Origin: the human T2T-CHM13v2.0 reference genome, Homo sapiens
Direction: 5' to 3' (one strand)
Assembly: GCF_009914755.1 (NCBI RefSeq)
Contig: NC_060927.1
Length of the DNA: 64,000 bases
Shown: positions 1 to 14,145 of the stretch, piece by piece
How positions within the stretch are numbered: the stretch's first letter is position 1
Layout of the letters: each line of letters starts with the position of its first letter
Translations under genes and position numbers: made by a program
The notes under the pieces: generated by a model
The model's database searches: none
The model's input: the letters and a program-made list of their open reading frames with translations, nothing else
What the model was told of the DNA's origin: nothing

Positions 1-486
1 TTGTCTGGCATCCAGGAAGAAAAAGGTTACACATGGACGTGAAGGATGGTGAATGCAGGGATTTTACTGGGTAATGGAGGTGGCTCTCAATGGGATGGAT
101 AGGGAGCTGGAAAGGGGATGGAGTGGGAAGGTGATCTTCCCCTGGAGTTTGGCCGTCCAGCAGCTGATCTCCCCTCTGACCATCCCCAGCCAAACTCCTC
201 TTGATATTCAGGCACTCCTCTTCTCTCCTTCTCTGCCATGCCATTCTGCCACTCTTCTGCTCTTCTGTTTGTCTGGTTGTCTGCTCATCTGCTCATGGTG
301 CCTGTGGTTTATAGTGTTTATGTGTACAGGATAGTGGGGGGTGGCAGGCCAAAAAACAGCTTTGGGGCACAAAAACAGGAATGCCTGTTCCCATTTAGGT
401 CCTTGGGTTTCCAGGCTTGAGGGTGGGGCCTTTGTCAGGGAACTGTCCTCTTCCACCCAGTATTTCCCTGACCCCTGTTTGTATCA
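1..486 (-). mobile_element. LTR1-family (ERV1) LTR, truncated by window edge
   Basis: Reverse complement starts TGATACAAACAGGGGTCAGGGAAATACTGGG...AAAGGCCCCACCCTCAAGCCTGGAAACCC, as in LTR1/MER52-like LTRs; homologous to the copies at 1917 and 13446. Confidence 0.75.
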
Positions 487-602
487 TAAGGATTCTGAGA
501 TTAAACTAATAATAATGTCAATGTAGTTGAAGGATGATAGAATGATTGGTGGGAGTTAAAAGTGGGCTAAGATACTGATCTTGGAAGGGAACATATCCAT
601 AT

Positions 603-1088
603 TGTGTTAGGCTGGATTTTCCCAGAATCAGACCCTGAGCCAAGGATTTTAGTGCAAATTTTTGCATGCGTGTGGTGATCTCAAAAAGCACCAATACAGG
701 ACTGCAGAAGTGAAATAGAGAATAACAGAAAACGAATCTGAATTCAGGATACCTTAACAAGCAGGTTACCACTTGGTGAAATTGGATTAGGTCTCACTGG
801 GCCCCTCCAGTAGATGTAGAATTTGCCTCAGAGTTGTTCCATTCAAGGGGCAAGAAAGGTGGAGATTGGCTTCTGGATGGCCAAACTCCAGGAGAAGACC
901 AATTTCTACTCCTCATTGTTTAAAAGCTGTGCTCATGGACAGTAACTCCCTGGAGATTACAGAGGCCAAGCACCCTCCACCCAGGAAACCCTCTGACTAA
1001 GGGATGCAGGTACCTCAAGTAAAGAAGTTATTGGCATGTATGGGAAACATAATTGCATAGGGGATATGGCTGTAACTGCTCTACTGTA
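603..1088 (-). mobile_element. LTR16-like ERVL LTR (3' LTR of the adjacent internal remnant)
   Basis: TGTGTTAGGCTGGATTTTCCCAGAATCAGACCCTGAGCCAAGGATTTTAGTGCAA resembles the antisense end of LTR16; abuts ERVL-type pol remnants. Right boundary approximate. Confidence 0.55.
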
Positions 1089-3380
1089 CCCACTGTACTG
1101 CACAGATTCACTCATGCTTTGAATTAAATTCCCTCCATCTAGTCACTATTCTTCAATGTAGTGGCTAGTCACAATTTTAAAATAAAATGAAATTAAATAC
1201 TAACAATAGGAGGCCAATGGGACAAACTGCAGCCTCTGCTGCTGCAGTTGGCCTGAGGCTATGACTGCTATTCATCATCTTACCTTTTTAGCAGACATTT
1301 TACATTTCACTCAACCTTGGCCAGCACTTCTAGTCTAAGTTGCTTCACTTTAATGAAACTCAGACCCACATCCCTGAGGGATCTGATCACCTTTTTGTTG
1401 TTCTCTAATCAGTTCATGGTTTCTGCAATTGCCTGTTCACTGTGATCATTAGACATAGAAGCACCTAGAGGAACCTGGTGAGTCTCCTAAATTCAAGGCA
1501 TAATTCTCCTTGCTGCTATTAAGTAGTAGTAACTTTATCTCTCCACGACATTAAGGATCAATTACACCTTCTGCATAGTAATTCCGGTCTTTGTTTGCTG
1601 GCCTATTGGCCTAAGGAGCCAAAAATAGCCAGTGGCTGCCAGAGCTTCAAATTTAGTAGAACGTTACTGATCCCTTTTAGTCCAGTATAACACAAGTTTT
1701 GCAGATGAAAGCACAAACCTCCAAAGTGGTGCATTGTGAGTAATAATAAGACCCACTCCTTCTTCTATCCTTTGATTCCTGAAACCGTATGTTCTAGCTG
1801 TCACAGTGATAGGATATATAATGGCCATTGGTTCAAAATATATATCATATCCTAAAAAACAGCACTCAAAAGCCACAATGTCATCCACAAGCCTTATTGT
1901 TAAGAGGCCATTTTGTTGAAACAGACAAGAGGCAGGGAAACACTAGGCAGAAAGGGGCGGGGTGCCTAGCAAAGCCCCACCCTCAAGCCTGGACCCATGG
2001 CCCAAAGTGAGAACATGCATTCCTGTTTTCCCACCCAAATGTTGCCTTTTCCAAAACCACGTGGGCTCACCCCAGCCCCCATCTTGTACTCATAAAACCC
2101 CCCAGGCCCCACTAGCAAAGCAGCAGATTGGCAGAGAAACAGAGAAGAAGCAGCATGACATCAGCAAGAAGCACCTTGTCTTCAGAGGGACAGCTTAACG
2201 ACTATACATTAGAGAAGAGTTCAGCTGGTAATGGTTGAATTCCAGGGGAAGACCACCTTCCCACTCCATCCCCTTTCCAGTTCTCCATCCTGCTGAGAGC
2301 CACTTTCATCAGCAATAAAATCCCCCACATTTACCATCTTCAATTTGTTCATGTGTCCTGATTCTTCCTGGATGCCCAACAAGAGCTCGGGATACAGAGG
2401 GCTGTCAAACTGAGTTGTTAAACACTTAAGCCATCTGTGGATGGCAAAGCTAAAAGAGCATCGTAACACATGCCCTCTGGCATATATCCAGGGGTCATGG
2501 ATATCCCTCTAGATGCTGCCGCAGGGCCACACAGAGTTCTGCTCCTGCCGGCACCCAAAAACACTCGTCCCAGGCCCTGCACCTGCTCATCTGTGTGCTC
2601 CCCATTCCAAGAGGGGTTGAGCAGTGTGGGCTGAGTAAACAAGCCAACCCCTTTGCAAGTCCTGTGAAGGGGTCCAGGGAACAATTCTGTTTCACTATCA
2701 GACTTACAGATTAGGGTAATGTGGTATATGGTAAGACCAGTGGATCCTGGTCACCTGCTATTTTCATCCCTCCTTTGACATAAAGGGGCCCAATGCAACC
2801 AACTTGCCACAAAGTTGATCTCTATTTGAGGACTCAGCATCAGTTTCTGCTGCTGGCAGATTTCACGTAATCAATAGCTGCAGTAGTTAGATTAATGTTG
2901 GTAGGAGGAATCTGTACTGTTGAGCCCATGTTTAGCCTCCATCTCCACCATCATGACCACTCTTTGTGGGTTCATTGTGGGCATTGGCATGGCTAAGATA
3001 ACAGAGGCTAGCTAACTTAGATGAGTTATTCTGTACACTTGATTGTTTGAATCCTTCGCTTTATTTTATGCTCATCCCAAAGATGTATCTACAAGATTCT
3101 TCCCCAGTCTTTTTTGAAGCTGATCTTCCAATCTTATTCTGAGCTCCTGACCCACCAGACAACCTACATGGCACTTTCCAAAATATTATGTATAGTCTTC
3201 TTTCAGAACACTTTTCTATCCACAAAGGTGCCGACCTAGTGTGCTGCTTGAACCCCAGCCCTGGAGGATTTTCCTTCATCATTGTTTTTCAGGGCCACAC
3301 CTGAGTAGGTCTATAGTAGAGCAGCAGTTCATTTTTAGCTCATTCCAACATATTAAGCCAGCTCATCTATAGAACTAAAC
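1089..3380 (-). mobile_element. Degenerate ERVL (HERV16/ERV3-16A3-like) internal region with RNase H, integrase and dUTPase remnants; interrupted by an LTR1
   Basis: Minus strand near 3230-3370 reads as a decayed RNase H (TDGSA...WTAAA...GKSSQ-like) matching the second ERVL at ~14500-14640; dUTPase-like remnant near 1500-1720. Confidence 0.55.
1917..2694 (+). mobile_element. LTR1-family solo LTR (~780 bp)
   Basis: TG...CA ends with 9-bp terminal inverted repeat TGAAACAGA/TCTGTTTCA; internal AATAAA; homologous to 1-486 and 13446-14145. Confidence 0.8.
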
Positions 3381-3399
3381 ATAAAAGAATGCCTTTAAT

Positions 3400-4150
3400 A
3401 ATCCCATATGTTTGGAGATTTTAAATAGCATACTACTAAGTGACCCTTTGGGTAACAAAAAAAAAAGTGGAGGGGAACTTATGGTATACTTGGTATTATA
3501 CATCAAATCTATGGAACATTACTCAAGTAATGCTTAATGGAAACAGTATAGTTTTGAATACATCAGAGAACTGGAACAATTAAAAATAAATGAGCTAAGG
3601 GTTCAAGAAGCTAGAAAGGACAGAAATAAAAAAGATAGAGACATCACAAAATAGAGAACAGCAACAAAACAAAATAAAAAATTTTTGAAAATCAACAAAA
3701 CAAAAGCTGGGTTCTTTGGGAAGACATATAAGATGGACATATAAATATTGATGACTTAGAACCTCTTCTAGGTAAAATGCCCAGAGACAATCTTATACAG
3801 GCCCATAAAGGAACAGATACAAGTTTCTCACATTATTACTTATGAAAGTGAGGACTTGAAGACATCTTAGTTGTTCATCACCTAGACAGTAGATAGGTTA
3901 AATGTGATGATGCATGTTGCAGAATGTTATGAAGTAGTCAAAAATAATGAATTAGACGTAATCAAAGCCAATGGGTAGATCTTGAAAACATGCTGTTAAG
4001 TAAAAACAAACAAACAAAACAAACAAGAAAACCCTAGTGGAATATCATTTGTGTAAATTAAAAACAAGTGAATACAAAAGAAATATTATGAGTTTTTTAA
4101 AGATACAAAAAATCTCCTAGAATATATCCTGGGGAGAAGGGACTAGATAT
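3400..4150 (+). mobile_element. Old L1 (L1M/L1ME) fragments
   Basis: A-rich ORF2-like text (AAATCAACAAAACAAAAGCTGGGTTCTTTG) followed by L1ME 3'-end-like sequence. Boundaries approximate. Confidence 0.55.
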
Positions 4151-6271
4151 GAAAGGGAATAGAATCTGAAGAGGAAATATAATAAAGTTAAATGAGACAA
4201 AAATCGAACGAGAGGGCTGTACAAATAATCACAGCACAACATGATCCAAAAGTGAAACTAACAACTACTTTTGCCAGAGGTTAAAAAAATAGTGTTATGT
4301 TACTATTTACTATTAATCACGTGAAATGGAAATTGTATTTCACATAATAAAAAGATCACACTCTTTCATAGAGCCCAGTTAATGGACATCTCTCTTGGAA
4401 AGATTTTGGGATTTGCTTTCTGAATCAGGTTTCCCCTTGGGTTTCATTTTGCTTTATCTCTGAGCAAACTTTAGCCATAACATTCTGAATCTCCTATTTG
4501 ATAATCCAATATTATCAATTTAAATTGAATAAATGTTAATCCAATTTAAACCTTTAGATTATTATCATTCCAAATGAGTCAATTAAAATAATAACATGCA
4601 ATGAAAAAAGTCTCTAGTATAATTTGTAAATAGAAAATACAGAAAGCGTCTTGTACTTAAAGTTATCTAAACAAAATGTATTTATTCTTATGTGTCAAGT
4701 GTATTAGGCCAATAGTTCTAGATTTTGAAATTCTCATAATCCAATAAGAAATGTTTTTCTAGTAAACAGCAAAATAAAATTCTAAAAACAGGTATTCAGC
4801 AAAATAAAAAATTTTATTGCATCATAATCAATTTTATAATTATAAAAATTTTTTTTAATTTTATATTTAAATAGGAAAGCTAGGAATCATGGAAAAATGT
4901 AGTTAGCCAAACATTAAACTATTCTAAAAATAACTTATTATATTATCTAATCCTAAAGTCTTAGCTTTTATCACATTTTAATGTTTTAATTCTCTTTTTT
5001 ACTTTAAAATATTTTAATGATCTTTAAAGTAGCTGTACCTTAAGGCATTTTTAGATTAGTATCTAAATGCTTATTTACTTATGCTCCAACAACTGACTAT
5101 CCTTAATGGAGATATTGTTTATCTCTGTTTTAGATACTTACACAACATAACAACCAAATTATCTATTCATGCATTTTCCATTGTATTGAAACTGGTGATA
5201 GCTTTGTCTTAAGCCAAACATAGTTTTGTACAGAAACAGACATACTTAAATTTGGTGATCAATTTTGGAATCCAGAGAGAATAGAACTCTCCTTTATGCA
5301 AAAATAATTGTCCCAAAGAAATCTTGGCTTCAGAATCTCAAGTTATCAAGGCTGTCAGAGGTCTTATGATAGTCCATAAAAACCATTTGCTAAATAAATC
5401 ATTTGTGTTGAAACTATAATTTACATGATTTGGTATACTGGGAATATAGCTGGTACTCAAGTAATACTTTTGAAGGAATGAAGAGCCCACATATACAATT
5501 ATAGCATACCATTTTTATTTAAATAGCCTTCATTGAACTCTTCTGTCTGGAATAGTAATGGGAAAGTTCAGGAGACAGGAGATAGGGCCTGGAAGGTAGT
5601 GCAGATGGGGCTGAGTGTGAGTTTTGTCTATAAAAGGCCTCTGGCTGAGTATGGGTGGGGAGGTTTTATATGTCCTTGAACATGAGACTAGGTGACTTTT
5701 AGAACAGTTGTAGATCAGATGTAAACATGCATATGCATGCATTCATGTTATTTCGTAGGCTATTGAGATTTTATTGCAATTAGTTTCACTTTCAGTTTCT
5801 CAGAGTGAAAGGGTCTAGTTTGGCAGTGTTGCCTTAACGGGCACTGCAGCCTTACTGGCATCAGCTGTTCAATTTAGCTCCCTTTAAACCTGTTTAACAA
5901 AGGACTAGCATCCTATACCAAACTTTTACAAGCTTTTACCAAACCTTTTTCTGATCTGTGCCGATCAGAAGCTTTTGCTAATTCTGCATGTTTAATTCAC
6001 CTGGGGTTTTTTTGCCCAGGGTTTATTTGACAATAATTTTCTTGTTCTCAGTATCTCCTCTCACTGTGATTTTCAGAACATGATTTGGCTCCTGTCACAC
6101 TCGGTGCTTTTGGGGAATCTCTCCTGTTGAGTTCTACATCTTAATAACTTCCCTAGATTTTGTGTTTTGTTCTTAGGGCAGCCGTGATGTATAAATGAGC
6201 CCTTCCAATGCCTCAGTTGTTGAGCTATATGATTTTACATATATGATTCAATTTCCAAATCCCTCTTTGAT

Positions 6272-6376
6272 CTGTGAGCTCCTCAAGGCCAGAGCTGTGA
6301 CTTATCCATCTTTGTATGTCCAGTATCTAGATTACAGCCTGAAATGCTTCAGGCATTCAGTAATAGCTGAAATGAA
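6272..6376 (+). mobile_element. L2 3' end remnant
   Basis: CTGTGAGCTCCTCAAGGCCAGAGCTGTGACTTATCCATCTTTGTATGTCCAG...GAAATGAA resembles the L2 3' terminus. Confidence 0.55.
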
Positions 6377-6761
6377 CAGAAAGAGAAGCAGAATGGGACT
6401 TGAACTTGGAAGAAGTTTATTCTAATGACCAAATTTTTTCATTCTATATGTCATATTTATTGCCAAGTTGTTTTATAGCACTTTCTTTTCATGTATACAC
6501 TTGCTACCAACCGCACAACAAAGTAGAAATTACTATCCTCATTTTATTAAAAAAAATAAAATAGTAAAGCTAGTAGTTTGCCTGAGGCGAAACAGGATTA
6601 GTTTAAGTAGAAAAATTTAATTACATTTTAAAAGTCTTAGCTCTTCTATCCCAATTCAACTGATTAAAAAATAGATATAGAATTTCTCCCAATTCCAACA
6701 TGTTATCAACCATGGAAGCAGAAATATATGGGGGGAAATGGCCTGTTTAGAATAGGAGTTT

Positions 6762-7264
6762 GGCTGGGCAAGATGGCTCACATTCCTAATATCAGCATTT
6801 TGGGAGACGGAGGCGGGAGGCTCACTCAAGGCCAGGAATTCAAGAGCAGCCTGGGCAACATAGTAAGACCTAGTATTAGTTCATTTTCACACTGCTAAAA
6901 AGAAGTTCCCTGAGACTGGCTAATTTATAAAGGAAAGAGGTTTTATTGTCTCACAGTTCCACTTGGCTGGGAAGGCCTCAGGAAACTTACAATCATGCAG
7001 AAGGGGAAGCAGGCATCTTCTTCACAAGGCAGCAGGAGACAGAGAAGTGGAGGAAGAACTTCCAAACACTTATAAAACCAACAGATCTCGTAAGAACTCA
7101 CTCACTGTCATGAGAACAGCATAAGGAAACCACCCCCGTGATCCAATCACCTTTTCCCTCCACACATGGGTATTACAGGTCCTTTCCTAGAGATGTGGGG
7201 ATTACAATTAGAGATGAGATTGGGTGGGGACACAGAGCCAAACCATATCAGACCTCATCTCTAC

Positions 7265-7295
<31 letters not shown>

Positions 7296-7296
7296 A
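6762..7296 (+). mobile_element. Alu monomer (FLAM-like) split by a THE1 insertion
   Basis: GGCTGGGCAAGATGGCTCAC...GGGCAACATAGTAAGACCT resumes at 7251 as GACCTCATCTCTAC plus an A tail. Confidence 0.75.
6872..7250 (-). mobile_element. THE1D-like MaLR solo LTR
   Basis: GTATTAGTTCATTTTCACACTGCT...GAGCCAAACCATATCA; 379 bp; 5-bp target duplication GACCT (6867-6871 / 7251-7255). Confidence 0.8.
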
Positions 7297-7611
7297 TCAA
7301 ATGAATAATAAATAAATAAGTTTTAAAAAATAAATAAGAGGCTGTTGGATCTTACCTAATAGGGCTTGGATTACCATTCAAACAGACCTAAAGGAATTCT
7401 ATACCAACCCACCCACCCAGAAATAGAAAGGAGAAGGAGCAAAAAAGAGTATAGGCAATTCTGTCTATATTTAACATTCAAGAAGTCATCAAAAAAGACC
7501 CAAGATTAGAAGGTCTGATTTTACAAACTGTCTTTACAGTATACCACAAACCAAATAAAACTTCAGGGAAAAAAGGGTCTACTTTCTGGTTATCTATTGC
7601 ATTTTATCATT

Positions 7612-8105
7612 TTATTCTAGTAATCTATTGCTACATAACAAATTACCCCAAGATTTAGCAGTGTCAAACAACAATTTTCATTACATTATATCTCACAATT
7701 TTGTGGGTAAAGAAGTTGAACAGATCTGAGCTGAGAGACTCTTCTGCTCCGTGTGGGATTGATTGAGATAATCACTGGCACCTTTGTTAAAAAGTCTAAA
7801 AGGCTGACTTCAGTTGAAACTACTAAACAGAGCACCAACATGTGACCTTACCATCACGGCAGTTGCAAGATAATATTTCTTATATGACAAGCTACAGCTC
7901 CCAGAAAGAGTTTTGTAAGTAACAGTTAGTAAAAGCTGTGAGTTTCTTAAAGCCTGTTCCCAGACACTGGCATAGCATCATTTCTGCCATAATCTATTTG
8001 TCAAAGTAGTCATTGAGCCCACTATGATTTAAATGAGGGGACATAGATCTTCAAGTTAGGGTGGGAGGAATGTCAAGGAATTTGGGGTAATATTTAATCC
8101 ACCAC
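7612..8105 (-). mobile_element. MLT1 (H/I/J-like) MaLR LTR
   Basis: TCTATTGCTACATAACAAATTACCCCAAGATTTAG...AATCCACCACA is typical antisense MLT1. Confidence 0.6.
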
Positions 8106-8879
8106 ACAGCCCAATTAACTTTTAACATTTCTTGCTTGTAGATGATATTTTTCGAAATTTTTTTTTTGCAAAACCAAAAATGAAGAAAGAAAGCTTTGTG
8201 TTCCTCTCTGTTCTCAGAGTACTACTCTTATAGCTGTATACCATTCTACCTTATATTATGGCCACTGTATGTATTTTGTCACCACAACTAAAGTAGACAC
8301 TAAGATATTTTTACATTTATGCTTAAGTTATTTATACACCAATATAAATGAGTAGTTCAGGAAGAAATTTCATAATACCTACAGCCGTCTGCACTCTTTC
8401 CTTCTTGGCCTCTGACCGTTTAAATACCTCCAGACTCTGCTCTTTGAAGAGCAGGCTGAGTGTTCTTCCATATCAGCACCTCAGCATACACCAGAACTTC
8501 TCTCACTGTTGTTAAGCCGAAAAGTACTTTGGGGACCAGATAGACCAAACTTGCCATTTCACAGAAGTTAAAACAGATTCAGAGAAATTGATACGAACTC
8601 ACCCAAATTATGCAAATAGTGTATGCACAAGCCAGAACTAACATCCAGGACTTGTTGAACATCTTCAGTTGTATTTACAGCATATGCATTTTGTGTTGGA
8701 AATTTTATTAGGAAACTAATAAACTATCAAAAAATGACAAATTAACTAAATCCAGAACACCAAATCATAGAAACTATTAAATTTCCTGACAGCAAGTTTT
8801 TAAAAAAAACTTAATTAAAACTATTAATCATCAGTCAATGCCTGTCTCATGGCTCAGTCTGATTAGTATTCATGACTCC

Positions 8880-9179
8880 TTTTTTTTTTTGAGACGGAGT
8901 TTCGCCCTGTTTCCAGGGTTGGAGTGCAGTGGCGCCATCTCAGCTCACTGCAACATCCACCTCCACCTCTTGGGTTCAAGCAATTCTCCTGCCTTAGCCT
9001 CCCTCCCGAGTAGCTGGGACTCAGGCATGCGCCACCACACCCAGCTAATTCTTCTATTTTTAGTAGAGGCAGGGTTTCACCATGTTGGCCAGAATGGTCT
9101 CCATCTCTTGACCTCGTGATCTGCCCGCCTCAGCCTCCTAAAGTGCTAGGATTACAGGCGTGAACCACCGTGCCCAGCC
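8880..9179 (-). mobile_element. Alu (AluS)
   Basis: Poly-T followed by a full antisense Alu dimer. Confidence 0.9.
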
Positions 9180-9239
9180 GACTCTTACTTTTTTAAACTA
9201 ACTTTCCTTCCTCAGCTGATCTTGCTGCTGCTTCTTTTT

Positions 9240-9560
9240 TTGTACACCATAAATGTATAAAAATTTTACCTGTCAATTTAAAAATAAATAATAGAAAATA
9301 AAAAACAAAAAAGACAATAGAGGATCTCAATAAAGTGAAAAGTTGGTTCTTTGCAAATATTAACAAATTGATGAATTTTTAGCAAGACCTGCCAAGAACA
9401 AAACAGACAAGACATAATTTATTAAAATCAGATATAAGGACATCACTCAGACCCCATAAAATTTAACTTTATACAGGCAAATCATGAACAACTTTATGCC
9501 AACAGATTAGAAAAAGTAGATGAAATTGAAAAATTCCTAGAAAGACACAAAAATGGCATC
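9240..9560 (+). mobile_element. L1 ORF2 fragment
   Basis: AAAAGTTGGTTCTTTGCAAATATTAACAAATTGATG...GAAAAATTCCTAGAAAGACAC is ORF2-like. Confidence 0.65.
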
Positions 9561-9804
9561 AGAAAAAAATCAGATCAGAAATATAATAGATAGAGAGGGT
9601 CAGCCATCATAAGGAATTGGTTACACACACATATACACACAAATATACAACAGAACAATTCACACATAAATAACATTAAGAAGAAATTTAATCTCTCATA
9701 AGTATAAAAACAGAACTTTATTTGGGACTAGTTGGTGAAAGATCAATCTAAATCAGTAAAAATACTTAATTTGGAATTTTTTTAATGTGGTTCCTTTCTT
9801 TTCC

Positions 9805-10083
<279 letters not shown>

Positions 10084-11064
10084 TATTTATTTATTTCTAT
10101 TATGTATTCTCAATTATTTCAGAGAGGTTCTGTAGGTGATAACCTTTGGAGGCTTTGCAGGCCAAAATATTTATTTATTTTGATCTCACATCTAAATTCT
10201 AGTTTGGATAAATATATACTTTATATACTTGCGGTTTCAAAATAATTCATACTCAGCATTTCAAGCATTTGTCTACTGACTTCTGCAGTATAATACCCAT
10301 CCAATGCTACGTCACTGCTCAGCTTCAGGGAACATTTTCTGGACCCTGGGACACAAAGCCAGGGAATATCGTGCACATGGGGCTGCCTGGAGTTTGCAAC
10401 AGCCAGTTACTGTGCAGACAGTGTTCTTTCTTTCTGGAAGCTTTTATAAATTTATTTGAGTCCTAATAGTTCTGAAATTTCACAAATAATTGTCTAAGGC
10501 AAAAGTTTCTTTTGTTTGTTTTTGTCTTAACATTTAGAGCTCTCTGAAATCTCAATACTTGTGGTTTAGGGGATTATGGGAAATTTTTCTCAGTTACATA
10601 TTTGTTTATCTATCCCCCTCATTTCCCCCTTTTTTTTTTTTTTTGTCTTCTTGGTACTACTAACTGATAGCGTTATGTATGGAGAGTTGTTCCTTCTTTT
10701 TTTTTTACTTTTTTTTTCTTATGGTAGCCATCTCTTTGCCATTTGCTCTATAGTTTGGGGGAGTTCTGTAACTTTATTTTCCAAATCTTCCACTGGTATT
10801 GACTGTTTCTTAAATTTTACTTTTTTTAATTTGTAAGAACTATGTTTTCCTCTGATTGCCACCTTGTCATTGCTGTCTGTTCTTATTTTGTGGATATTTT
10901 ATCCTACTCTATGACACCTTCTCTGAAGATAGTCAATTCAGTTTTTAAATGTTCTCTTATGGTTACTTGGATCATCTAATTGCCCATGTTAGTGAATGCC
11001 TTTGGTTTTGTCAAACATGTGGTAAACTATTTGACTGATGCTCTAAGTTGATGAGTGAAGGTTC

Positions 11065-11514
11065 TGTTATGGATTGAATTGTGTCACCCAAAAAGATACT
11101 TTGAAATCCTAGACCCCATCCCAGAGAAAGTGACTTTATTTGGAAATACAGTCTTTGCAGATGTAATCAAGTTAAGATGAGGTCATTAGGGTGGCCCTAA
11201 TTCTATATGACTGGGGTCCCCTATAAAAAGGGAGATTTAGGTCCACATACAGAGGGAGAATGCCACGTACCAACAGAGGCTGAGATTGAATTCCTGCAAC
11301 TAGAAACCAAGGAACATCAAAGATTGCCCACAAACCACCAGAAGCTAGGAAGAGGCAAGGAAGGATTCTGCCCTACAGGCTTCAGAGAAGAATGACCCTG
11401 CTGCACCTTGATTTCAAACTTATAATCTTTAGAACAGTGGGAAAATATAATTGTGTTGCTTTAAGCCACCTAGTTTGTAGTGCCCTGTTACAGTAGCCCT
11501 GGGAAACTGATACA
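11065..11514 (+). mobile_element. MLT1C-like MaLR LTR
   Basis: TGTTATGGATTGAATTGTGTCACCCAAAAAGATAC...GGAAACTGATACA; TG..CA ends, ~450 bp. Confidence 0.75.
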
Positions 11515-12182
11515 AGTGGATTTCCTGGGTTTCATTTGCAGCTGTGTGAGTCCTTTTCCTCCCAATCTTCTCCCCTGAATAGAAAAACTTTGTAAGTGAG
11601 GCAGTACTCAAAAGTCTACATAGGTGAAGAGCAAACAAACCAAAACAAACAAACAAACAAACAAAAAAAACAAGGCTATGCCTCCCCATCCTCCAGAAGG
11701 AAGGCTTTACTTGAGTGATGCATGAGTCAGGGTTTTATTCAGGGCTCACTCGCATTAGGGAGGGCAATCTTCTTTTCTCAGTCCACCAATTCAAGTGTGA
11801 ATTTCATCCTAAAACACCTGCATAGACACACCCAGAATAAAGTTTGACCAAATAGCTGGCCACCCCATGACCTACTCAATTCACACATAAAACTATCATA
11901 AACCTACCCCTTGTCAACTTGGTACCCATATACGTGTCCTTAAACCATACTCAATCTCAAAAAAGACAACAAGGTCGTATTTCCTCCTATCATAATAAAA
12001 CTATTCTGTGTACAACCAGAAACACACTAACATTTTAGAAGAGGAGATAAAGTCCTGAAATGATGTTAACTCTTCTCCCTGATGTCCTGTAACTTACATA
12101 CAATGATGTAAAGTCAACACATCTTATTTTACATGATGAGGGGGGATGAGGGAAGAAAACAAAAATATTTGCTTTATCCATC

Positions 12183-12188
<6 letters not shown>

Positions 12189-12220
<32 letters not shown>
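12189..12220. repeat. (CA)16 microsatellite
   Basis: Read directly. Confidence 0.95.
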
Positions 12221-12221
<1 letters not shown>

Positions 12222-13445
12222 TTGTAACAAAATAAGGAGAAAATATTCATTACAATTATAGTCCTCATTTTGCATTTCTGTAACTGGCCATTTGGCTATA
12301 GCTGGTATTTTTGACTACCTTCTTTCACTACCTAATCTGTATTCCCTTTGCCTTCAGCAAAAACTTAAGCAGCCATAATTCTTTACATAGTGGGTAGCCC
12401 AAGTTTTCCTTCCTGAAAAGTCTGAGCTATTAATAGCCCTGCCTGAATTGGATTGTTGCAGTTTTACATTGGCCTTAATCACAGAGCATAGCAGTAATAA
12501 CAGACACCCTAAGGGACCTCTTGTAGACTAGACATACTCATCCTTACCACCATTGTTGTGTAATGGTTCTATTCCCCTTGGTAGTCAGGATCAGTCACCC
12601 CCATCAGAACACTAACTCCCTTCTTTGCCTGGTGATTCATAGGCATGAGGAGCCCAAAGGGCCCAAGAGGCAGTCTTAACTTCCAGTTAAATGGACTCAC
12701 TGTGTCTCGTGGTGGAAGCATTCCTTTCTTTGGAACTAAGACTTCTAGACCAGCAGAAGATAAGGCTGAGGAATCAGGAAGCAAAAATTTTGCTAGTGGG
12801 TCATTAGGGGTACCAGTGAATGGTGCTTCTCCCATTTTCAGCCCTTGATTCTGGGACTCATGAATCCTGGCCATGGGAGAAACAGCACCATGTATTGAAT
12901 GCTGATCCAAAGCATACAAAGCCTTCTGAAGAGCCTTGTCCTAGCCTTGAAAGATAATGCCACCTAGCTGGTTCTGGAACTCTGTCTTTAGAAGGTCATT
13001 TCACCACTCTGTTAAGACAGCTTCTTGCAGGTGATGAAAAATATGGTAATACTAGGGAACGCATGAGCATGCGCCAATTGCCGTACTTTATTTGCTGTAA
13101 GTTGAGTTCCTTGATGAAAACAAATGCTGTATAGAATACTATTATGGTGTATAAGACATGCTGTAAGTTCACAGATGATAGATTGGGTAGAAACAGTGTG
13201 TGCAGGGAAGGCAAATCCATATCAAGAGTGTCTATTCTGGTAAGAACAAGATGTTGCCCCTTCTATGATGGAAGAGGTCCAATGTAACCTGCCACTAGAC
13301 AGCTGGGTGACCACCCCAGGCAATTGTGCCTGTTAGTGTTAGTCTCTGCCACTGGCAGACTGTGAACTCAGTGGTGGCTATAGCCACGTTGGCCTTGGTT
13401 GGTGGGATTTTATGCTACTGAACCCATACATAACCTCCATCCTGC

Positions 13446-14145
13446 TGAAACAGGAGAGTTCCCTGAACCCCTCATGGGACGTGCGACCAAGGTGTGGTTC
13501 ATTTGTTCGGCCACCATGCACTCAAACCCCTTATGGGAGGAGGAGCATGCAGGTGAGCAGGTGCAGAGGCCAGGGCAAGTTTTTTTGGGATCCAGCCTCA
13601 CAGCAGTGTTTAGGGGTGTTACAGTGGTCTTTTAGCCCTGCCATTGGGGACAGTTTAAGTGTTAAACAGCTCAGTAAAAAGGCAGTGTGACAGCCTTTTT
13701 GGGTTCCCACACCCAATACATCCCAAATTCTTGTCTTGCATCCAGAAAGAATCAGATCACTTGGACTTGAAGGATGGTAAATGTGGGGATTTTATTGAGT
13801 GATGGAGGTGGGGAACTGGAGAGGGAATGGAGTGGGAAGATGATCTTCCCTTGGAGTTTGGCCGTCCCCTGGCCAATCCCCTCTCCAACTGCCCCCAGCC
13901 GAACTCCTCTTGATGTTCAGATGCTTTCTCTCTTCTCTACTTCTCTGCCACACCACTCTGCTGCTTTCTGCTCATGGATCCTGGGGTTTGGGGTTTATAT
14001 GGACAGAGGATAGGGGGCTGTGGTGGGCCAAAGGCAATGTCTGGGGCAAAAACAGGAATGCCTGTTCTTATTTAGGGCCACAGGTCTAGGCTTGAGGGTG
14101 GGGCCCTTGCCAGGGACCCTGCCCTCCTCCCACCTGCCTGTATCA
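13446..14145 (-). mobile_element. LTR1-family solo LTR nested in the ERVL integrase
   Basis: TG..CA ends; exact 4-bp TSD CTGC (13442-13445 / 14146-14149); homologous to the other two copies. Confidence 0.85.
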
